This document shows, one piece after another, positions 50,105 to 63,378 of a stretch of DNA of 64,000 bases. The translations under genes were made by a program, and so were the position numbers. The notes beneath the pieces were generated by a model. It ran no database searches. It worked only from the letters and a program-made list of their open reading frames with translations, and was not told where the DNA came from. How positions within the stretch are numbered: position 1 is the stretch's first letter; each line of letters begins with the position of its first letter. This stretch comes from Malacoraja senta (taxonomy: Eukaryota): positions 5,210,001 through 5,274,000 of the forward strand of contig CM075997.1 in assembly GCA_038087875.1 (NCBI GenBank). The letters run 5' to 3'.

Positions 50105-50261
50105 CGACGTGCAGCGGGAGCGCCTGTACTCCCGGTCGTCGCTGTTGCACTGCGTGAACGCTAATGTCGCGCATGCGTGCTGAACGGGGTCTTCACGAAG
50201 TCACTCACGTGACTCCGAAGTAAAATTGTAAATTGTCCCTAGTGTGTGTTGGATAGTGTTA

Positions 50262-50651
50262 AGCCCCTGTCTCACTTAATAGTCCTAAACAGCAACCTCT
50301 GGTGACCTTGCCCGCCACCCAAAAGAAAATCAAGGTCGAGGTGACCTGCAACCTCCTACCACCTCCCACGCATATGTTGAAAACCTTCCTCGACTATGAA
50401 GAAAACCGGCTTCGACTAAACCTGCGACTAAAAAATGATCGATTTTTAAAACAGCAACCTATTTTTAGTCGAGGTCGGTTTTAATCATGATGAAAAAATA
50501 GCAGCAACCTAGATGAAGCCTCGACCACGCGGAAACCACTTTCGACCATTAGGGAGAGTGACCAAAACCTCCGGTGACCTCATGGAAACCTTGGGTGGCA
50601 GGCAAGGTCACCAGAGGTTGCTGTTTAGGTCTCCTAAGTGGGACAGGGGCT
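50262..50651. mobile_element. Harbinger-like MITE with long TIRs, inserted in the SINE tail next to the DIRS
   Basis: agcccctgtctcactta...aaacagcaacctctggtgaccttgcccgccaccc is mirrored at 50590-50651; inserted at the TTA of the host SINE. Confidence 0.82.
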
Positions 50652-51376
50652 TTTAGTATGCGGGGATCGCTGGTCAGCGCAAAGTCGGTGGGCCGAAGGG
50701 CCTTTTTCTGCGCTGTTTTTCTAAACTAAACTAAACTAACCTAAACTAATAGTGATGGACCAGGCAGTGTCCACATCTCTCTGTCACTTCCTTCATTCCT
50801 GGGCATTCAAGTTGCTGAACCAGGCTGTGATGCAACCAGTCGATATGCTCTCTGCCGTACACCAGTGGAAGTTCAAGAGAGTATTCAATGACAAAACCAA
50901 ATCTCCTCAATCTTAGTTTAGTTCAGTTTAGTTTATTGTTACGTGTATCGAGGTACAGTGAAAAACATTTGTTGCGTGCTAACCAGTCAGCGGAAAGACA
51001 ATACATGACAATACTGGATCAGTCTGAAGAAGGGTCTCGACCCGAAACATCACCCATTCCTTCTGTCCAGAGATGCTGCCTGTCCCGCTGAGTTACTCCA
51101 GCTTTTTGTGTCTATCTTCAGTTTAAACCAGTATCTGCGGTTCCTTCCAACACATGATTACAATCAAGCCATTTACAGTGTACATGATAAGGGAATAATG
51201 TTAAGTGCAAGGTAAAGCCAGCAAAGTCCAATCAAACATAGTCCGAGGGTCACCAATGAGGTAGATAGTAGTTCAGATCTGCTCTCTGGTTGTGGTTGGA
51301 TGATTAAGTTGTCTGAAGACTATGAAACTGTCCCTGAATCTGGACTGCTCTCTGGTTGTGGTAGGATGATTCAGTC

Positions 51377-51595
51377 GAATTGAATTGAAATTGAATTGAA
51401 ATTGAATTGAAATTGTATTGAAATTGAATTGAAAATGAATTGAAATTGAATTGAAATTGAATTGAAATTGAAATTTAAATTGGAATTGGAATTGGAATTG
51501 GAATTGGAATTGAATTGAATTGAATTGAATTGAAATATAATTGAATTGAATTTGAATTGAAATTGAATTGAATTTGAATTGAAATTGAATGGAAT
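51377..51595. repeat. (GAATT/GAAATT)n simple satellite, left part
   Basis: Seen directly. Confidence 0.95.
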
Positions 51596-54500
51596 TAGAA
51601 ACATAGAAACATAGAAAATAGGTGCAGGAGTAGGCCATTCGGCCCTTCGAGCCTGCACCGCCATTCAATATGATCATGGCTGATCATCCAACTCAGTATC
51701 CTGTACCTGCTTTCTCTCCATACCCCCTGATCCCTTTAGCCACAAGGGTCACATCTAACTCCCTAAATATAGCCAATAAATTGGCCTCAACTACATTCTG
51801 TGGCAGAGAATTCCAGAGATTCACCACTCTCTGTGTAAAAAATGTTTTTCTCATCTCAGTCCTAAAAGATTTCCCCTTTATTCTTAAACTGTGACCCCTT
51901 GTTCTGGACTTCCCCAACATCGGGAACAATCTTCCTGCATCTAGCCTGTCCAATCCCTTAAGAATTTTGTAAGTTTCTATAAGATCCCCCCTAAATTCTA
52001 GCGAGTACAAGCCAAGTCTATCCAGTCTTTCTTCATATGAAAGTCCTGACATCCCAGGAATCAGTCTGGTGAACCTTCTCTGTACTCCCTCTATGGCAAG
52101 TATGTCCTTCCTCAGATTAGGAGACCAAATCTGTACGCAATACTCCAAGTTTGGTCTCACCAAGACCCTGTACAACTGCAGTAGAACCTCCCTGCTCCTA
52201 TACTCCGATCCTTTTGCTATGAATGCTAACATACCATTCGCTTTTTTTCACTGCCTGCTGCACCTGCATGCCTACTTTCAATGACTGATGTACCATGACA
52301 CCCAGGTCTCGTTGCATCTCCCCTTTTCCTAATCGGCCACCATTCAGGTAATAGTCTACTTTCCTGTTTTTGCCACCAAAGTGGATAACCTCACATTTAT
52401 CCTCATTATACTGCATCTGCCATGCATTTGCCCATTCACCCAGGCTATCCAAGTCATCTTGCAGCCTCCTAGAACCCTCCTCACAGCTAACACTGCCCCC
52501 CAGCTTTGTGTCATCCGCAAACTTAGATATGTTGCATTCAATTCCCTCGTCCAAATCATTAATATATATTGTAAATAGCTGGGGTCCCAGCACTGAGCCT
52601 TACGGTACCCCACTAGTCACTGCCTGCCATTGTGAAAAGGACCCGTTAACTCCTACTCTTTGCTTCCTGTCTGCCAGCCAGTTCTCTATCCACATCAATA
52701 CTGAACCCCCAATACCATGTGCTTTAAGGTTGTATACTAATCTCTTATGTGGGACCTTGTCGAAAGCCTTCTGAAAGTCCAGATATAACACATCCACTGG
52801 TTCTCCCTTATCCACTCTACTAGTTACATCCTCGAAAAATTCTATAAGATTCGTCAGATATGATTTACCTTTCATAAATCCATGCTGACTTTGTCCAATG
52901 ATTTCACATTTTCCAAATGTGCTGCTATCCCATATTTAATAACTGACTCTAGCAGTTTCCCCACTACCGATGTTAGACTAACTGGTCTGTAATTCCCCGT
53001 TTTATCTCTCCCTCCCTTTTTAAAAAGTGGGGTTACATTAGCTACCCTCCAATACTCAGGAACTACTCCAGAATCGAAAGAGTTTTGAAAAATTATCACT
53101 AATGCATCCACTATTTCTGGGGCTACTTCCTTAAGTACTCTGGGATGCAGCCTATCTGGCCCTGGGGATTTATCGGCCTTTAATCCATTCAATTTATCTA
53201 ACACCACTTCCTGGCTAACCTGGATTTCACTCAGTTCCTCCATCTCATTTGACCCCCGATCCCCTGCTATTTCCAGCAGATTAATTAAGTCTTCCTTAGT
53301 GAAGACAGAACCAAAGTAGTTTGCTTTTTGGTCTGCCATGTCCTTGTTCCCCATGATCAATTCGCCTGTTTCTGACTGCAAGGGACCTACATTTGTTTTA
53401 ACTAATCTCTTTCTCTTCACATATCTATAAAAACTTTTGCAGTCAGTTTTTATGTTCCCTGCCTGTTTTCTTTCATAATCTATTTTCCCTTTCCTAATTA
53501 AGCCCTTTGTCCTCCTCTGCGTTACTCCGAATTTCTCCCAGTCCTCTGTTAGGCTGCTTTTTCTGGCTAATTTGTACGCTTCATCTTTTGTTTTGATACT
53601 ATCCCTGATTTCCCTTGTTATCCACGGATGCACTACCTTCACTGATTTATTCTTTTGCCAAACTGGGATGAACAATTGTTGTAGTTCATCCATGAAGCCT
53701 TTAAATGCCTTCCATTGCATATCCACCGTCAACCCTTTAAGAATCAATTGCCAGTCTATCTTGGCCAATTCACGTCTCACACCCTCAAAGTTACCTTTCT
53801 TTAAGTTCAGAACCCTTGTTTCTGAATTAATTATGTCACTCTCCATCCTAATGAAGAACAACCATATTATGGTCACTCTTGCCCAAGGGGCCACGCACAA
53901 CAAGACTGCTAACTAACCCTTCCTCATTACTCAATACCCAGTCTAGAATAGCCTGCTCTCTTGTTGGTTCCTCTACATGTTGATATAGAAAACTATCCCG
54001 CATACATTCCAAGAAATCCTCTTCCTCAGCACCCCTGCCAATTTGATTCACCCAATCTATATGTAGATTGAAGTCACCCATTATAACTGTTTTACCTTTG
54101 TTGCACGCATTTCGAATTTCCTGTTTGATGCCATCCCCAACTCCATTACTAATGTTAGGAGGCCTGTACACAACTCCCACTAACGTTTTCTGCCCCTTAG
54201 TGTTTCGCAGCTCTACCCATATCGATTCCACATCCTCCAAGCTAATGTCCTTAATTTCTATTGCGTTAATCTCCTCTCTAACCAGCAACGCTACCCCACC
54301 TCCTTTTCCTTTCTGTCTATCCCTCCTGAATATTGAATATCCCTGGATGTTCAGCTCCCAGCCTTGGTCACCCTGTAGCCATGTCTCCGTGATCCCAACT
54401 ATATCATAGTCATTAATAGCTATCTGCACGTTCAACTCATCCACCTTATTACGAATGCTCCTTGTATTGAGACACAAAGCCTTCAGGCTTGTTTTTACAA

Positions 54501-55072
54501 CACTCATTATACAATTATGTTGAAAAATGGCCCTTTTTGATTTTTGCCCTGGATTTGTCTGCCTACCACTTTTACTTTTCACCTTGCTACCTATTGCTTC
54601 TACCCTAATGTTACACCCCTCTGTCTCTCTGCTCACACATTTAAGAAACCCACCACCTCTTATTCTCTGTTTATTATCTTTTTCTTCTTTCCCCCCTACC
54701 TGTTGGGTCTGAGTGCTTCCCTTCTCTGCCTCCTGCCTCACACACTGTCTACAAGCTTTCTCTATTTGAGTCCCTCCCCCCAACCATTCTAGTTTTTAAG
54801 TCTCCGCAGTAGCCTTTGCAAATCTCCCTGCCAGGATATTGGTCCCCCTCGGGTTCAAGTGCAACCCGTCCTTTTTGTACAGGTCACACCTTCCCCAAAA
54901 GAGGTCCCAATGATCCAGAAATTTGAATCCCTGCCCACTGCACCAGTCCTTCAGCCACGTGTTTATCCTCCACCTCGCTCCATTCCTACTCTCACTGTCG
55001 CGTGGCACAGGCAATAATCCTGAGATTGTTATCTTTGCGGTCCTTTTCCTTAACTCTCTTCCTAACTCCCTG
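51596..55072 (-). mobile_element. CR1 (HER1-like) LINE, about 3.5 kb: ORF1 esterase C-terminus plus frameshifted ORF2 (APE-RT) and 3' tail
   Basis: DGLHLNPRG (SGNH esterase ORF1); VGITETWL, MGDFN and SDHN endonuclease motifs; KSPGPD, NYRPVSLTS, LDFQKAFDKV and FADDTKL RT motifs; (TTTCTATG)n tail. Confidence 0.95.
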
Positions 55073-55200
55073 AATGGAATTGAATGGAATTGAATGGAAT
55101 TGAATTGAAATTGAATTGAATTGAAATTGAATTGAATTGAATTGAAATTGAATTGAATAGAATTGAATTGAATTGAATTGAATTGAATGGAATGGAATGG
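55073..55200. repeat. (GAATT/GAATG)n simple satellite, right part
   Basis: Seen directly. Confidence 0.95.
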
Positions 55201-56864
55201 TATGCCTGGAAACAGCTGTGAAGAAACTGTCCCTGAATCTGGAAGTCTGTGTTTTTCCACTTCTAAGGAAGTAGAGGCGTTGCTGGACTTTCTGCATGAT
55301 AAGTCTCAAGCTGTGGCTCAGAGCTTAATTATCCAGTCACCACTGAAAATGTGCCCAGCACACAGGTGGAGATGAATAATCAGCTTGCTCATCAATCTGC
55401 TGCTGGTATCCGAGGGAAATGTGAATGAAATGTAGACGTGATTGCTGATGACTTTACGCTAAATAAACTGGGAAATGTACAACAATGTTTCAATGTCCTT
55501 TATTGTCACGTGTGTACACTGCCCACCGCAACTCTTTCTCCACAGCTCTACATGTACAAGTCACCATATTTTGGCGCCATTCACTAAAGTCTTGGCAGTG
55601 GAGAGATACGTTTTTTTGCCTTCCATCACAGCGCTGTGATGGATGTATGTGTAAATTGTGTTGTGTCTCGGGTCTTCTTCGTGTTGTATTGTATGGCTGC
55701 AGAAACGACATTTCGTTTGGACCTCAAGGGGTCCAAATGACAAATTTGTCCAAAAGACAAATAAATTGAATTGAAATTATGTTCACCACAGACATTGTGG
55801 GCCGAAGGGCCTGTTCTGGAGCTGTTGATAAACTCAAAATGCTGGAGTAACTCAGCATCTCTGGAGAAATCACCCCTTCCTTCCGTCCAGAGATGCTGCC
55901 TGTCCCGCTGAGTTTCTGCGACATTTTGTGTCTATCTTCGGTGTAAACCAGCATCTGCAGTTGCTTCCTGCACACTGTTCCTGTGCTCTTTGGCTTTGTG
56001 CTTAAGTTTAGTGTAGTTTAGTTTAGAGATACAGCGTGGAAACACGCCCTTCAGCCCACCGACCAGTGATCCCCGCTCACTAACACTGTCCTACACACAC
56101 TAGGGACAATTTACATTTATACCCAAGCCAATTAACCTACAAACCTGTACGTCTTTGGCGTGTGGGAGAAAACCGAAGATCCCAGAGAAATCCCACACAG
56201 GTCACGGGAAGAACGTACAAACTCTGTACAGACAGCACCCATAGTCGGGATCGAACAAGGGTCTCTGGCGCTGCAAGGCAGCAACTCTACCGCTGTGCCA
56301 CCGTGCCGATCTTTGATGTGAGGCTACACTCTTCAACTTACTACCTCAATAGTGAGTGTGATTTACTGACGCTGGTTGGCATTTCAGGTGGAGGACCTCT
56401 GTCAGAGCATAGCCCAGAAAGTACTGAAGAAGGGTCTCGAGCCAAAACGTCGCTCGTTCCTGCTCTCCAGAGATGCTGCCGTCCCACTGAGTTACTCCAG
56501 ATTTTTGTGTCTATCTTCGGTCTAATCAGCATCTGCAGTTCCTTCTGACACAGAGTACAGCCCTGGACTGATCTCCCAGATCTTTCCCTCTCCTGCAAGT
56601 TTCCAGCGCCTGATATTGTCACCTTGAAATTATTTGCTGACATCTGGTCTCATTAACAAATTAAATTTACAATTTAACAGTGCCCTTACACACAGCTTGA
56701 AACACTGCTGAGTGTAGCAGCTAGACTAGTCCTCATATACAACAACATTTAAAACCATTTGGACAGGTATATGGATATAGTGTATAGTGTCCTTAATTGC
56801 CACGTGTACCGAGGTACAGTGAAAAGCTTTTTGTTGCATGCTATCCAACTAGCAGAAACACAAT

Positions 56865-59800
56865 ACAATAGACAATAGACAATAGGTGCAGGAGTAGGCC
56901 ATTCGGCCCTTCGAGCTAGCACCACCATTCCATGTGATCATGGCTGATCATCCACAATCAGTATCCCGTTCATGCCTTCTCCCCATATCCCCTGCCTCTG
57001 CTATCTTTAAAAACTCTATCTAACACTCCCTTGAAAGCATCCAGAGGACCAGCCTCCACCGCCTTCTCTGGCAGAGAATTCCACAGACTCACAACTCTCT
57101 GTGTGAAAAAGTTTTTCCTCATCTCCGTTCTAAATGGCTTACCCCTTATTCTTAAACTGTGGCCTCTGGTTCTGGACTCCCCCGACATCGGGAACATGTT
57201 TCCTGCCTCTAGCGTGTCCAAACCCTTAACAATCTTATATGTTTCAATAAGATTCCCACTCATCTTTCTAGATTCCAGAGTGTACAAGCCCAGCCGCTCC
57301 ATTCTATCAGCATATGACAGTCCCGCCATCCCGGGAATTAACCTGGTGAACCTACGCTGGACTCCCTCAATAGCAAGAATGTCATGATTACAATCGAGCT
57401 ATCCACGGAATCACAGTACATAAGCTTACTGAATTTCTTTAAAGGCAGACGCAAAATGCTGGAGTAACTCAGCAGGTCAGGCAGCATCTCTGGAGAGAAG
57501 GAATGGGTGACGTTTCAAGTCAAGACCCTTATTCAGACTTCAGACTGCCTGTCCCGCTGAGTTACTCCAGCATTTTGTGTCTACCTTTGATTTAAACCAG
57601 CATCTGCAGTTCTTTTCTACACATACTGAATTTCTTTATTTCTATATAGGAACAGTATTTCTAGATAGGAGAGGGATATGGGCCAAACGCGGGCCGGTGG
57701 GACTTGCATAGATGGGGGATCCTGGTCAGCATTGGCAAGTTGGGCCGAAGGGCCTATTTCTGTGCTGTATGGCTCTATGATGCTATAACTGAGTGATATT
57801 TTGTATTTTTGATGTCTGAAGAAGTGTGCCGACCTGAAATATCGCCTGTCTGTGTCTTCCAGAGATGCTGCCTGACCCGATGAGTTACTCCAGCACATTT
57901 TGCAGAATAAAGGGTGGTATGAAACATATTCTAGTCCCGATGAGGGGGGGGGGGGGGGGTGTAATCAGCCGGTGCTCCTGTTTCTGCAGGAGGAACCCGA
58001 CCCAAAGCGTCACCCTCCACAGATGCTGCCCAACCCGCTGCGTTCATCCAGCTGTTTGTTTTTTTATTGAATAAGCGGGCAAAAGTGTGGAAAATCTCAT
58101 GAAGTAAAACAACAGGGAGGCAAGTCAGGTTATGTATTAACAAGAGACTTGTGCCACAAGACTGTCGTCAATTGCAGTCGGTAGTGTGATGTGGAAACAC
58201 ATTATTGCCATTGCTGAAGGGAGGATAAAAGCAGGAAACATTGGAAACAGTCAGCCGGTCAGGCAGCCTCTGTGGCAAGAAGAACAGTTGTTGTTTCCGT
58301 ACAATGACTTTTCATCAGAACTCGATAATAGACAATAGACAATAGGTGCAGGAGTAGGCCATTTGGCCCTTCGAGCCAGCACCACCATTCAATGTGATCA
58401 TGGCTGATCTTCCCCAATCAGTATCCCGTTCCTACCTTCTCCCCATATCCCCTGACTCCGCTATTTTTAAGAGCCCTATCTAGCTCCGTCTTGAAAGTAT
58501 CCAGAGAACCTGCCTCCACCGCCCACTGAGGCAGAGAATTCCACAGACTCACCACTCTCTGTGAGAAAAAGTGTTTCCTCGTCTCCGTTCTAAATGGCTT
58601 ACCCCTTATTCCTAAACTGTGGCCCCTGGTTCTGGACTCCCCCAACATCGGGAACATGTTTCCTGCCTCTAGTGTGACCAAACCTTTAACAATCTTATAT
58701 GTTTCAATAAGATATCCTCTCATCCTTCTAAACTCCAGAGTGTACAAGCCCAGCTGCTCCATTCTCTCAGCATATGACAGTCCCACCATCCCGGGAATTA
58801 ACCTTGTAAACCTACGCTGCGCTCCCTCAATAGCAAGAATGTCCTTCCTCAAATTAGGGGACCAAAACTGCACACAGTACTCCAGGTGTGGTCTCACTAG
58901 GGCTCTGTACAACTGCAGAAGGACTGGATAAGCCCACGGAACTGACCAGTTGGAATAGGTCTTCCGAGCTTTCCCAAATCTCAATGGATCTGTCTGAAAT
59001 TCCAGTTCTGAATCAGCAGGCATTCGAAGCAGATTCTATATCTTTGTTTGAGGGCACTTATGTATCATCAGCTTATTAAAACAGTTTATTAATCTTGAAA
59101 TTTCCTCACGATCCCCTTAGCTTCATCAAAATGTACTAATGATCCAAACAAGGGCAACATTAAATTCAGGTTCAGGAGATAAGAGAACTTCTCAGAAATA
59201 AAATTATATCATTCCTCAATGACTTTCATTCCAGCTTTACCTAGTAATGTCTACACTCCCAGTTTTCTCATATCTCTGCGCTGACAGGGCTGTGCAGGCA
59301 ATATCGCTGTTATACTTGCAACAACACAGGAGGCCATTCAGCTCATCAAGTCCATGCTGTCCCTCAGATAGACACAAAGTGCTGGAGTAACTCAGCGGGT
59401 CAGGCAGCATCTGTGGAGAAAAGGAATCGGTGACGTTTCGGGTCAGACCCTTTCTTCAGGCTGATGAAGGGTTCCGACCTGAAGACCTGGCTTGAAGGGT
59501 TACGGCCCTTCGAGCCAGCACCGCCATTCAATGTGATCATGGCTGATCATCCCCAATCAGTACCCCGTTCCTGCCTTCTCCCCATATCCCCTGACTCCGC
59601 TATCTTCAAGAGCCCTATCTAGCTCTCTCTTGAAATGCACAACCAGTTGGATGATTCAACAATTCGTACGACTAGGGAAGGGGAGAGACGGAGAGAGAGG
59701 GGATGCAAGGGTGACAACATTAGAGAACTCAATACTCATATTGCTGGGGTGTAAGCTGCCCAAGCGAAATATCGGGTGCTCTGTCTGTGTCGGAGGCCAT

Positions 59801-60347
59801 TACTCTACCTATTGCACTTATCTTCTGTATCTATGTGTAATATTATCTGATATTATTGGATAGCAAGTAAAACAAAGCTTTCCATTGTGCATCAGTACAC
59901 GTGACAATAATACAAGGATATTTCCAGGACTCGAGGGTCTGAGCTACATGGAGAGGTTGAGCAGGCTAGAACTTTACTCATTGGAGCGCAGGAGGATGAG
60001 GGGTGATCTTATGGAGGTGTGTAAAACCATGAGAGAAATAGATCGGGTAGACGCTCAGAGTATCTTGCCCAGAGTGGGGCAATCGAGGATCAGAGGACAT
60101 TGTTTTAGGTGAAGGGGGAAAGATTGAATAGGAACCTGAGGGGTAACTCCCTTTTAAACCAAGGGTGATGGGTTTATGGAACGAGCTGCCAGAGGAGGTA
60201 GTTGTTGACGCCAGTACTATCGCAACACTGAAGAAACCTTTAGACAGGTACATGGATACAGTGGGTTTAGAGCGATATGGGCCAAAGGCAGACAGGTGGG
60301 ACTAGTGTAGATGGGACATGCTGGTCGGTGTGGGCAAGTTGGGCTGA
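56865..60347. mobile_element. CR1 3' ends (about 56865-57383 -, 58327-58922 -, 59912-60347 +)
   Basis: ORFs 56970-57329 and 58418-59023 give LSYAERMEQLGLYTLEFRRMRG...RVVSLWNSLP; (ctattgt)n tails. Confidence 0.88.
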
Positions 60348-60424
60348 GATATCATGAGGGAGCTACCTAAACCATTCACAGCTTGGCAGTGTGGTTGTTA
60401 AAGATGACATCCTGGTTCGGCAAC

Positions 60425-61460
60425 TTGAGCGCCCAGGAGCAAAAAAGACTACAAAAAGTAATAAACACTGCCCAGTCCATCATCGGCTCTGACCTCCCTT
60501 CCATCGAGGGGATCTATCGCAGTCGCTGCCTCTAAAAGGCTGGCAGCATCATCAAGGACCCACACCATCCTGGCCACACACTCATCTCCCCGCTACCTTC
60601 AGGTAGAAGGTACAGGAGCCCGAAGACTGCAACGTCCAGGTTCAGAAACAGCTACTTCCCCACAGCCATCAGGCTATTGAACTCAACTCAAACAAAACTC
60701 TGAACATTAATAGCCCATTATCAGTTTATTTGCACTTTATCAGTTTATTTATTCATGTGTGTATATATTTATATAATGGTATATAGACACACTGATCTGT
60801 TCTGTATTCATGTCTACTATATTCTGTTGTGCTGAAGCAAAGCAAATAATGTCATTGTCCTATCTGGGACACATGACAATAAACTCTCTTGAGATAGGTT
60901 TAGGTTCATTATTGTCACATTGTCTTCGAGGTGCAGTGAAAGGTTTTGCTTTGCATGCTATCCATTCAAACTCAGATAATACTTTATATAGATACAATCA
61001 AACCAAACTCAAGTACAACAAGTAGAGCAAAGGGGAAGATACAGAGTGCGGAATATAGTTCTCGGCATTGTAGCGCATCAGTTCCACAGACAAAGTCCAA
61101 TGTCCGCAATGGGGTGGAGGTGAATCGGACAGTACCCTGGCTTATGGAAGGACCATTCAGAAGCCTGATAACAGAGGGGAAGAAGCTGTTCCTGAGTCTG
61201 GTGGTGCGTGCTTTCAAGCTTCTGTACCTTCTGCCAGACGGGAGCGGGGAGAAGAGAGGACCGGGGTGGGACAAGTCTTTGATTATGTTGAAGAGAGACA
61301 CAAAAAGCTGGTGTAACTCAGCAGGACAGGCAGCATCTCTGGTGAGAAGGAATGGGTGACGTTTCGGGTCGAGACCATTCATCAGACTGGTTGCTTTTCT
61401 GAGGCAGCATGAAGTGTAGATGGATTGAGTGGGGAGTCTGGTATGTGATGTTTTTTTAGA
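60425..61460. mobile_element. Rex1/Babar-type LINE 3' ends, tail to tail (60425-60890 +, 60900-61460 -); other fragments at about 5440-5680, 29200-29410, 37175-37386, 62140-62370
   Basis: IIKD..HPG..LFSPLPSGRRYRSLKARTTRLRNSFFPSVIRLLN; tail ...cacgtgacaataaa. Confidence 0.8.
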
Positions 61461-63141
61461 TTAGAGATACAGAGCGTAAACAGGCCTTTCGGCCCACTGG
61501 GTCCGCGCCGACCAGTGATCCCCACACATTAACACTATCCTACAAACACTAGGGACAATTTTCACATTTACTAAGCCAATTAACCTGTATGTTTTTGGAG
61601 TGTGGGAGAAAACTGGAGATCCCGGAGAAAACCCACTCAGGTCACAGGGAGGACGTACAAACTCTGTACAGACAGCACCCGTGGTCAGGATTGAACCTGG
61701 TTCTCTGGCGTTGTAACGCATCAACTCTACCGCTGCGCCACCGTGCCACCCCACAATTGTGTCAATGGGGGATAGGGAATTAGAGGCGAGAGAGTTACAG
61801 ATTACAGAGTTACAGAAACATTATTTTTCACACAGAATTTTCAAAAATAGAGCTCCTTTTAAATTCCATAAGTTTATTTTTGTTACTGTGAGCTATAAAT
61901 ACTAAAGGCTAAATGTTATACTGTTTAATAGAATATTCCATAAATATTAATGGAAGTGCTGGCTTGTCAATGTCTACAGCCACCCGTGCTGAAACTGACA
62001 AACTGTGTTCTTGGGAGACAACAGTGAATGATTACTGTGAGGAGGTTACATGGAAACAGTTTTTTTTCCTAAACAGCTTTGTTTCCTGTTTGTTCATTTC
62101 TAAAGTAACTCTAGTTACTTCTTCCCTGGGAAGGAAATCCTTCTTCCCTGTGGCTATCAAATTGTACAACTCCTCCCTCTTCTGTCGTGGGGTAGACTGA
62201 GACAGACTCCACCCCCCCACCCCCTCTCCCACCCCCTCCCAAAATCTTTGCACATCCCCAATCCTTTCCACTCATCACTTTAATTATTTGTGTCTTTTGT
62301 GTTTTTATGACGGTTGGCTGATCAATTTCCCTCCTAGTAAATAAAGTTCTATCGTATATCATATCGTATCGTATCATTACTGGGTTGTATAGTTTCTGAT
62401 TAAAATCGTGCTATGACCGATTTTGCCCATGCAATGCAAATAATCTCTGGTTGGCACAGGGGCACAGCTGGTAGAACTGGTGCTTCACAGAGCCAGAGAC
62501 ATGGGTTCAATTGAGTGGAGTTTGCACGTTCTCCTTATGATGATATGGGTTTCCTCCGGGGGCTCCAGTTCTTTCCAATATCCCCAAAATATGAGGGTTT
62601 TGCCCATTCATTGGCTGCTGTAAAAGTGCCATTAATGTGTCTGGAGTAGATGAGAAAGTGGGATAAGATAGACCCTGTCCTAACAAGTGATCGATGGTCA
62701 CAGATGGACTCAGGTGGGCACACCGTCATAGGTCTGGAGGGTGAACTTAGTTTAGTTTAGTTCACACAAAGGGGTGGTGGGTGTATGGAACAAGCTGCCA
62801 GAGGAAGTAGTTGAAGCAGGGACTATCCTAACGTTTAAGAAACAGTTAGACAGGAACATGGATAGGACAGGTTTGGAGGGATATGGACCAAACGCAGGCA
62901 GGTGGGACTGGTGCAGTTGGGACATGTTGGGCGGTGTGGGCAAATTGGGCCAAAGGGACTGTTTCCACACTGTATCACTCTATGACTCTAGTAGTTTATT
63001 GTCAAGTGTACCGAGGTACAGTGAAGAGCTTTTGTTGCGTGCTAACCAGTCAGCGGAAAGACAATACCTGATTACATCGAGCCATTTGCAGTGTACAGAT
63101 ACACGATAAGGGAATCATATTTAGTGATCATAGATTAAAGT

Positions 63142-63378
63142 AAGGTCGACAAAAATGGTGGAGAAACTCAGCAGGTGAGGCAGCATCTACGGAGCAAAGG
63201 AAATAGGTGATGTTTCGGGTCGAGACCCTTCTTCAGACCCTTCTTCCAGTCTGAAGAAGGGTCTCGACCCGAAACGTCACCTATTCCTTCGCTCCATAGA
63301 TGCTGCCTCACCCGCTGAGTTTCTCCAGCATTTTTGTCTACCTTCGATTTTCCAGCATCTGCAGTTCCTTCTTAAACA
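63142..63378. repeat. Inverted pair of Penelope pLTR ends (palindromic unit); other copies at about 7125-7335, 14420-14630, 21638-21865, 23110-23310, 34632-34812, 57445-57622
   Basis: Arms 63142-63238 and 63249-63343 are near-perfect reverse complements; same sequence as the UTR following the GIY-YIG ORF at 18.7-19.1 kb. Confidence 0.85.

Larger units (their letters stand above)
45397..50225 (-). mobile_element. DIRS1-like tyrosine-recombinase retrotransposon, full structure, coding regions decayed
   Basis: 45472-45506 is the inverted copy of 50163-50197. 45621-45699 is the reverse complement of 45397-45475, and 45698-45734 of 50189-50225 (ICR). The 5' end starts TTTT, with no TSD. gag, RT, RNaseH, MT and YR remnants occur in order. 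Confidence 0.93.

Noticed and set aside
51273..51677. Gln/Phe/Asn-rich prion-like ORFs
   Set aside because: Translations of the (GAATT)n satellite.
58418..59023. 201-aa ORF fusing unique sequence to the CR1 C-terminus
   Set aside because: Chance in-frame junction at a 5'-truncated CR1; no evidence of domestication.
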